Below, piece after piece: positions 57,687 through 64,000 of a DNA stretch of 64,000 nt. The notes beneath the pieces were generated by a model. That model did no database searches, was not told the origin of the DNA, and saw only the letters and a list, made by a program, of their open reading frames with translations. Numbering within the stretch: the stretch's first letter is position 1; every line of letters starts with the position of its first letter. The position numbers and the translations under genes are program-made. Source of the stretch: Octopus vulgaris (Eukaryota); assembly GCA_951406725.2 (NCBI GenBank), contig OX597816.1, positions 21,762,001-21,826,000 on the forward strand, written 5' to 3'.

Positions 57687-60600
57687 TATGTTTGACTTTT
57701 GCTTTATATTTGTACAAGTTGGCTCCAAGTCTCACCCAGAGACCTCAAGAGACAACAGGGTTGGAAGTTCATGTTGTTGTTATGCCTAGTGTGCCATATA
57801 TTTGGGGGGTGGGGATGTTGTACTAATGAATGTCTAAAAAAAAAAAAAAAAAAAAAAAGTTTTTTTTTTTTTTTTTTTTTTAAACCGAAAATTATGTTTG
57901 TTTTAAACCTTGAGATTACATAGAGAGTATTTTGCGTAGGATATGAGCAGTTCCCATGAGCACTATCTTTTGAACTTCTGCCATTTTTGGGTTTCCTGGT
58001 ATCTGAGTTAGGTAGCTATCAGCCCCTTTTGCTATCATTCCCAGGGCACCTATGACAACAGGTATTGTTTTAGTCTTCAGCTTCCACATTTTGCTGATTT
58101 CTATTTCAAGATCTTTATATTTGCTCAGTTTTTGGTAGGTCTTGACAGATACGTTTATATCGATTGGGACAGTCATATCAATGAGGAGGCATGTTCTTTG
58201 TTTGAAGTTTTTCAATATGATGTCTGGCCTATTTGCATCTATCTTCCTGTCAGTTTGAATGGTGAAGTTCCAGAGGAGTGAGATGTGGTCATTTTCAAGC
58301 ACTGGGGGTGGTTTGTGTTCCCACCAGTTTTTTTCATGGGGCAAATCCAGGTTTTTACAGATTACCCAGTGAATATATTGTGCAGCTCTATCGTGCCTGT
58401 TGAGATACTCTGTAGGCGCTAGAAGACTGCACTTGGAGACCACATGGTCAATGGTTTCATTTTGTTGCTTGCATACACGACACGTTGGACTGCTTCTGAT
58501 CTTTAATATGTTGGCCTGGTAGTTTCTTGTTGGTAGGCATTGATCTTGAGCTGCTATGATAAACCCCTCTGTTTCAGATTTTAAGCCAGAGGCCATTAGC
58601 CATTGATGGGTCAGGGCTTTGTCGATATCTGCATTATTCGCTCTCTTTGGGTATTTGCCATAGAGAGGTTTTTCTTGCCATTTATTATTCAGAATATCTA
58701 AGGCCGCAGTTTTGGCACGGGTTTTCATGCGCCTAGCTTTTTCTGTGCTTGTTTCTTGTATATCTATCTCTAATTCCGAAATTGGTTGTATTCGGAATTC
58801 ACTTAGATATTCCTTTGCCTGTTTTGTGACTGAGTATGATGCTTTCTTGTTTTCATGTTTTGAGACAAGTTTTAGCATCCAGTCCTCAGAGTTTTTCAGG
58901 TAGGTGTCTAGGCCAATTGTAGCAATCTTCATTGTTATTGCCAGTTGCAAAAGACCACGGCCTCCCTCTTTTCTTGGCAGATAGAGTCGTTCTGTATCTG
59001 CCTTAGGGTGGTGCATTCTATGCATTGTCAACAGTTTCCTTATTTTTCTGTCGAGCTGACATATTTCAGTAATTGACCAGTTAACAATATTGAAACTGTA
59101 AGTCACGACTGGTATAGCTAATGCATTGATTGCTTCGATCCTGTTTCTTGCATTCAGCTCTGTCTTGAGTATTGCTCTCACTCTTCGATAGCATTCTCTC
59201 CTGATCCTTTCCTTCATCTCTGAATGCCTTATTCCGTTCCCTTCAATTATCCCTAGGTACTTGTAGCTCTCCGCTGGGTCTAGTTCTTTTATGACATTCT
59301 GTTGGTCAAGGTTAACGTTAGATGTTTCTGTCATTTTTCCTTTGATAAAGGTAGCCTTTGCACATTTATCGAGGCCGAATTGCATTCTGATGTCGTCACT
59401 GAATTGTTTGACTATCGCTAGTAAGCCCTTGAGTTGTTGATCATTTTTTGCAAAAAGCTTTAAATCATCCATGTAAACGAGATGATTTATATTTTTATCA
59501 AACATTTTATACCCGTACTGCGCATCATTGAGCAGCTTTGAGAGAGGTATTAAGGCTAAACAAAAGAGGAGTGGTGACAGTGAGTCACCCTGGAAAATGC
59601 CACACGAAATTTTTACATCACCAGCATTTAGGGATTCACTGTCACTGTTCAGAGTTAGTGTGGTTCTCCATGATCTCATACTTACAGTCAAGAAGTTTCG
59701 CAGAGTTGGTGCTATCTTATACATTTCAAGGCATTTCCTAATCCAGCTATGTGGTAGGCTATCAAAAGCCTTTTTATAGTCTATCCAGGCTATTGACAAG
59801 TTTTTGTGTCGTTTGTGACAATCTTCTAAGATCATCTTATTGATGAGTAGTTGGTCTTTACAGCCATAGGATCCACGTTTACATCCTTTCTGTTCATTAG
59901 GGAATATGCTGCTGTCTGTTAAAAAACTATAGGTATATTCCGTCAGGACAGATGTTAGTGTTTTGTACATAGTTGTTAAGCAGGTTATGGGTCTATAGTT
60001 TTTTGGTTCATTTGTTTCTTCACTTTTTGGAAGCAGGAATGTTAACCCATTAACTAGCCAAGGAGGCATCCTACTAGGGTGTTGCAAAACATCATTGTAC
60101 AGTTCTGTTAGCAGTTCATGGCTCTCTGGGAAGGCATTCAGCCAGAAGTTAGGAATTTTATCCTTTCCTGGAGACTTCCATTTGCTTGACCTCCTGAGAG
60201 CAGATCTTATATCTTCTACCTTGACACCCTCCCACTTTTGCTCTTCTAAGGGGTCCAGTTCTGTAGATATTCTGTCAATCCAGGGGCCTTTTCGTTGTGT
60301 GTTTTTTCTTCTGCCCAGATTTTATTCCAGAATCTCTGCACTTCTTCTTTTGATGGTACAGACCCTGCAGTAAACGCTGTTTTTCCTATCTTCCTGTAAA
60401 AATTCTTGGTGTTATTTTTGAACATGTTGTTGTCCTTGAAAAATCTAACACGCTTTTCATACCTCGCTATGCGGGCAGCTTTGGCAGATACCTTTTGTTT
60501 GATGGTTTCTATGGTGGCATCAATATCAAGTATAGTTTTCATATTGTATTTTTTCAGTAATTTTTGGGTTTTTGTAGGTTTGGTAATCTTGTGAGCCTTA

Positions 60601-61733
60601 AGGTTTTTCAAATATTCAATGTCAGATCTAAATATTTTAATTTGTTGTTGCAGACGCTCTTGCCAAGAAGGCTTTTTGTGGGACTGTTGCCGTTTTCTAA
60701 TCTTTACACCACATAGGATCGTTGAGATTTTCGCGGATGCATAGTATAGGTGGTTGAGGTTTGTGATATCAACATCATTAACTGAAATTATATCCTTAAG
60801 TGCAAGCCGGATTTTACCAATTATTTTCATGTTTTGGTTAGAGTTGCGGATTTTAGGAAGTGTATCACGCTCATCCATGCTGGTTTCTTTAATTTTCAGC
60901 CATTCAATCATGATTTGATTTTTTAGCTCATGTAGTTCTGTTGGGTCAATATTTGTGTGACTTTCTTTATCTATTTGATGCTCATCTGTCTTAGTGTTTA
61001 TGATTGGTTCAGGGCGTATTTCACTTTGCCTATCACTTATACTAACTCTTTCAATCCTCTCTTCGTTTTCATCCGCCCTGGGCTGGTCTATAATCATTTC
61101 CTCTGTATTATCTTCTCTAGCTGCAGCTTCGTTCATTTTATCCGATATTGCTTGTCTAACCTGATCAATCTCTACTTCAGTCAGTAATTTCTTTTTTATA
61201 ATGTTTCTTCTAACATTGGCAAGCTTGTTACTGTCTATGTAGGGTCTTACTTCAGGGTGTTTCTGTCTCCAGTTTAAGTATGCTTGTACAGTGCTAGACT
61301 TATCTGTGGGGAAATATATGGCATGGTAGAAGGCCTCAAGAACTTCTTTATTATCTTCCCTAGACCATTTTTCCTTCTTTTTCTTTTGATTATTTGGTGA
61401 TGAGCATGGATGGCCATCTGTTGGAATATTCCGGTTGTGGGGTTCGTCCACCTCCTGTGTGTTGGGAAGATTTGATCCAGTAACTGATTTTTCAATCAGG
61501 ATTTGGTTCAATTTTCGGGTACGTGGTCTTTTGTAATCCGCGCAATGACCAATGCGGTTTATTGTTTGATTTGTTGACCTTGAAGCATGACGAGCATCCA
61601 TTCTTATATTAGGAGATGGATCTGTCAGTTTAGGGTTCACTACATGTAAGCATTGCTCATAGCGCCGCTTCTTAAGACTAGCAGATCTATATTCGTCTGT
61701 ATTTTTTTTGTTGATAGTTTTATCTCCGGACAT
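57686..61733 (-). mobile_element. Near-intact R4/Dong-clade RLE non-LTR retrotransposon
   Basis: Myb-like N-terminal region, RT, CCHC and RLE; 3' end abuts (TAA)n; 5' boundary uncertain. Confidence 0.92.
57916..61733 (-). CDS. Retrotransposon polyprotein (about 1272 aa if one frameshift at 60283-60286 is repaired)
   Basis: KWSREDNKEVLEAFY; KSPGKDKIPNFWL; YRPITCL; WIDYKKAFDS; GIFQGDSLSPLLF; YMDD; YKYLG; CRVC..ETIDHVVSKC; RHD; RPDI..LIDMTVP..KYKDL. Confidence 0.9.
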
Positions 61734-62649
61734 TTTTTTTTTTTTTTTCCTTTCCTCCTCTTCCTTTCTTCAAGGCTTACTGTGTCTGTATTAGTTCGAA
61801 ATAATGAGAATAAAATACGGAGAAGGAAACGAAAAGAAAGGGAAAAAGACGGGATCTGTCAGTTATTATTGTTATTACTATCATCTTCACCACCATCACC
61901 ATCATCAGCAACATCACCATCACCATCATCATCTTCAATGACATTGTTTTATGTGTAGCCACAGCCACCATCAACACTCCATTGTGTTGGAGAATGGGTG
62001 GTTAAAGAATTCATGTTCTTTGGGTCTATAAATAGCTACGGTAGATGGTGGAGACAAAGGACGTTAATGGTCAGTAAAAGGTCAAACCTGTTTACGTTTA
62101 GTTATTTATTTATTTATTTATTTTTTCCTTTCTCTTTTCTTCTTCACCACATGCATATGTATATGTATATATATGTATATTCACTCACACATATCTGATG
62201 TTTTCGTCGAAGATTTTTTTCTCTCTTTTTAAATAACTTTCTGAGTTCAATGTTATGTATATATTTTTAAATTTCTGAATTCAGTTGTATGTATATAGTA
62301 GTAGGTGCTTAATTCCATAACTTTTTATCGTGCATTTAATTGTGTTGTTACAATAAAAGGTAATTTAAAAGGCAATTTTACACATTCTTATAGTCATGAG
62401 AGACGACTAAATGTAAATGTTCACACAGAATTGGAGATATTTATGTTTCTAATTTTTCTTGTTAGGTGTACGTTTGTATGAGCTGTAGATATGTAAGTTT
62501 TTTTTTTCTTATTTTGAGGGTAATTCAAATTACTTACAGTAAACAGTAGATCTTCCAGTTTTCTACAGTTGACCTGCTGGGTTCGCTGTTACCAGTTCAG
62601 AGCATCGTAAAAATACGTCCATCCTCTGTCACGTCCAGCCGCCTTCCTC

Positions 62650-62683
<34 letters not shown>

Positions 62684-62737
62684 GTTGTTGTTATTATTAT
62701 TCCGAGTTAAGATTCCGAATTCGATTCCAGGCATTGA

Positions 62738-62787
<50 letters not shown>

Positions 62788-62790
<3 letters not shown>

Positions 62791-62930
62791 TCGAAAAATA
62801 CCTTAGGAATGAGAAGCCAGGTTCGAAATTTCCCCAAGACACCTGATAAAGGCTGGAGGGTATATAAGCCGAAACGTTGTTAACAATAAACAAGATGAGG
62901 ACAAATATCCGTCAAATGTAAATAATGCAC
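62788..62930 (+). mobile_element. Hammerhead-bearing short element after (AAT)n
   Basis: GACAC-CTGATAA-A-GGCT ggagggtatata AGCC-GAAACGTT; reverse complement of 57497-57652. Confidence 0.72.
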
Positions 62931-63315
62931 ATAATTTCTCATCTCTTAAATACAGAACTATAAAACTGAGCAAAATGAAATGACTTCGCGAGATCAGTAT
63001 TTGAGCAACATAGATGAATGCAGGTATATAAAATAACAACGTAAATTCTTGATTTCTTAAAGTTACCTGCGCCTCTAGGTCATGTATCAAAATTATCAAA
63101 TGATATTTGAGCTCAGCTCTACATGAGAAGAGGCGATAATATCAAGATGCGGTCATTCTCCAGAATTGTGATGTCATTAACGAAAAGGCCATCACTATTG
63201 TCAGAGTATCAGACGACAGTTGTGAATGTGCGTTTCTGACTCGACAGTTCGATAGTTTTCCGACTTTATAAACAACTTAGACTTATAGAAAAGAAAAAGA
63301 GTCGAAAATATGTAT

Positions 63316-63577
63316 AATAAGTAAATAAATGCGCCCTTAAAAGCCTAGTCAGGCTCATGGACCCGGTTTCCTGGTTTCTATGGCGTATGTGTTCCCCAGT
63401 AGGATGGGACGCCAATCCATCGCACCGTTACTCAATTTTGCCAGCTGAGTGGACTGAAGCAACGTGGAATGAAGTGCTTTGCTGGAGAACACAACGCGTC
63501 ACCCGGTCCAAGAATCGAAACCACAATCTTACGATCTTGATGCCGACACTCTAACCACTAAGCTACGCGCCTCCACA
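63316..63577 (-). mobile_element. SINE family C variant, tail type i, with 12-bp TSD
   Basis: TSD GAAAATATGTAT at 63304 and 63578. Confidence 0.88.
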
Positions 63578-64000
63578 GAAAATATGTATGGCCTAAGTAT
63601 TTGGCATTAATTAAACAAAAATTAGCTCTGAGATATAACTCAGGGAGGCCAGTGATTCATCTTTATTTCCCTCGAAAATTAAAAAAAACCCAGAAAACTT
63701 AAACGTTTGCTTAAGGTTTATTTTGTAAATGGCATCCCCCATCTACATCACCTAGCCACAAGTTTTAGTTGTCCAACTGGCGTTACACAAAATGACCACA
63801 TATTATTATTAACATTTTATCATTTTCTTCGAGTCTGTTTACAATGAATTTAACATCAGGAGCACTTAATTCATATCCACAATCATTGCTTGCACCAATA
63901 TTTAATGAGAATGAACGACTATGAATGTGCACTTTCACTATGAAGTTAAGCCTAACTGTGCGAATGTGGATACGTGTAATTATATGTGAGTGAGCATCTT

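Overview
This AT-rich, microsatellite-dense eukaryotic window contains no recognisable host protein-coding gene. The SINE families and (TA)n/(CA)n/(TAA)n load resemble an octopus/cephalopod intergenic or large intronic region (inference). Main contents: (1) a degraded, 5'-truncated CR1/L2-group LINE (5.2-8.4 kb, minus); (2) four co-oriented R4/Dong-type RLE non-LTR retrotransposon pieces in a trinucleotide-repeat zone (51.6-61.7 kb), one full-length apart from a single-base frameshift; (3) three abundant modular tRNA-like SINE families (A, B, C), many with TSDs; (4) two mariner derivatives; (5) five Merlin-like MITEs carrying TAACCC repeats, four with 8-bp TSDs; (6) two non-autonomous Helitrons. 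Most notable: seven or more Penelope-style type I hammerhead ribozyme motifs in short elements, mostly beside microsatellites; a LINE/SINE shared 3' tail with a covarying stem-loop; and three 150-200 bp segments apparently copied from donors 6-9 kb away. Most ORFs in the track are microsatellite artefacts. Repeat boundaries were read by eye and may be off by a few to tens of bases.
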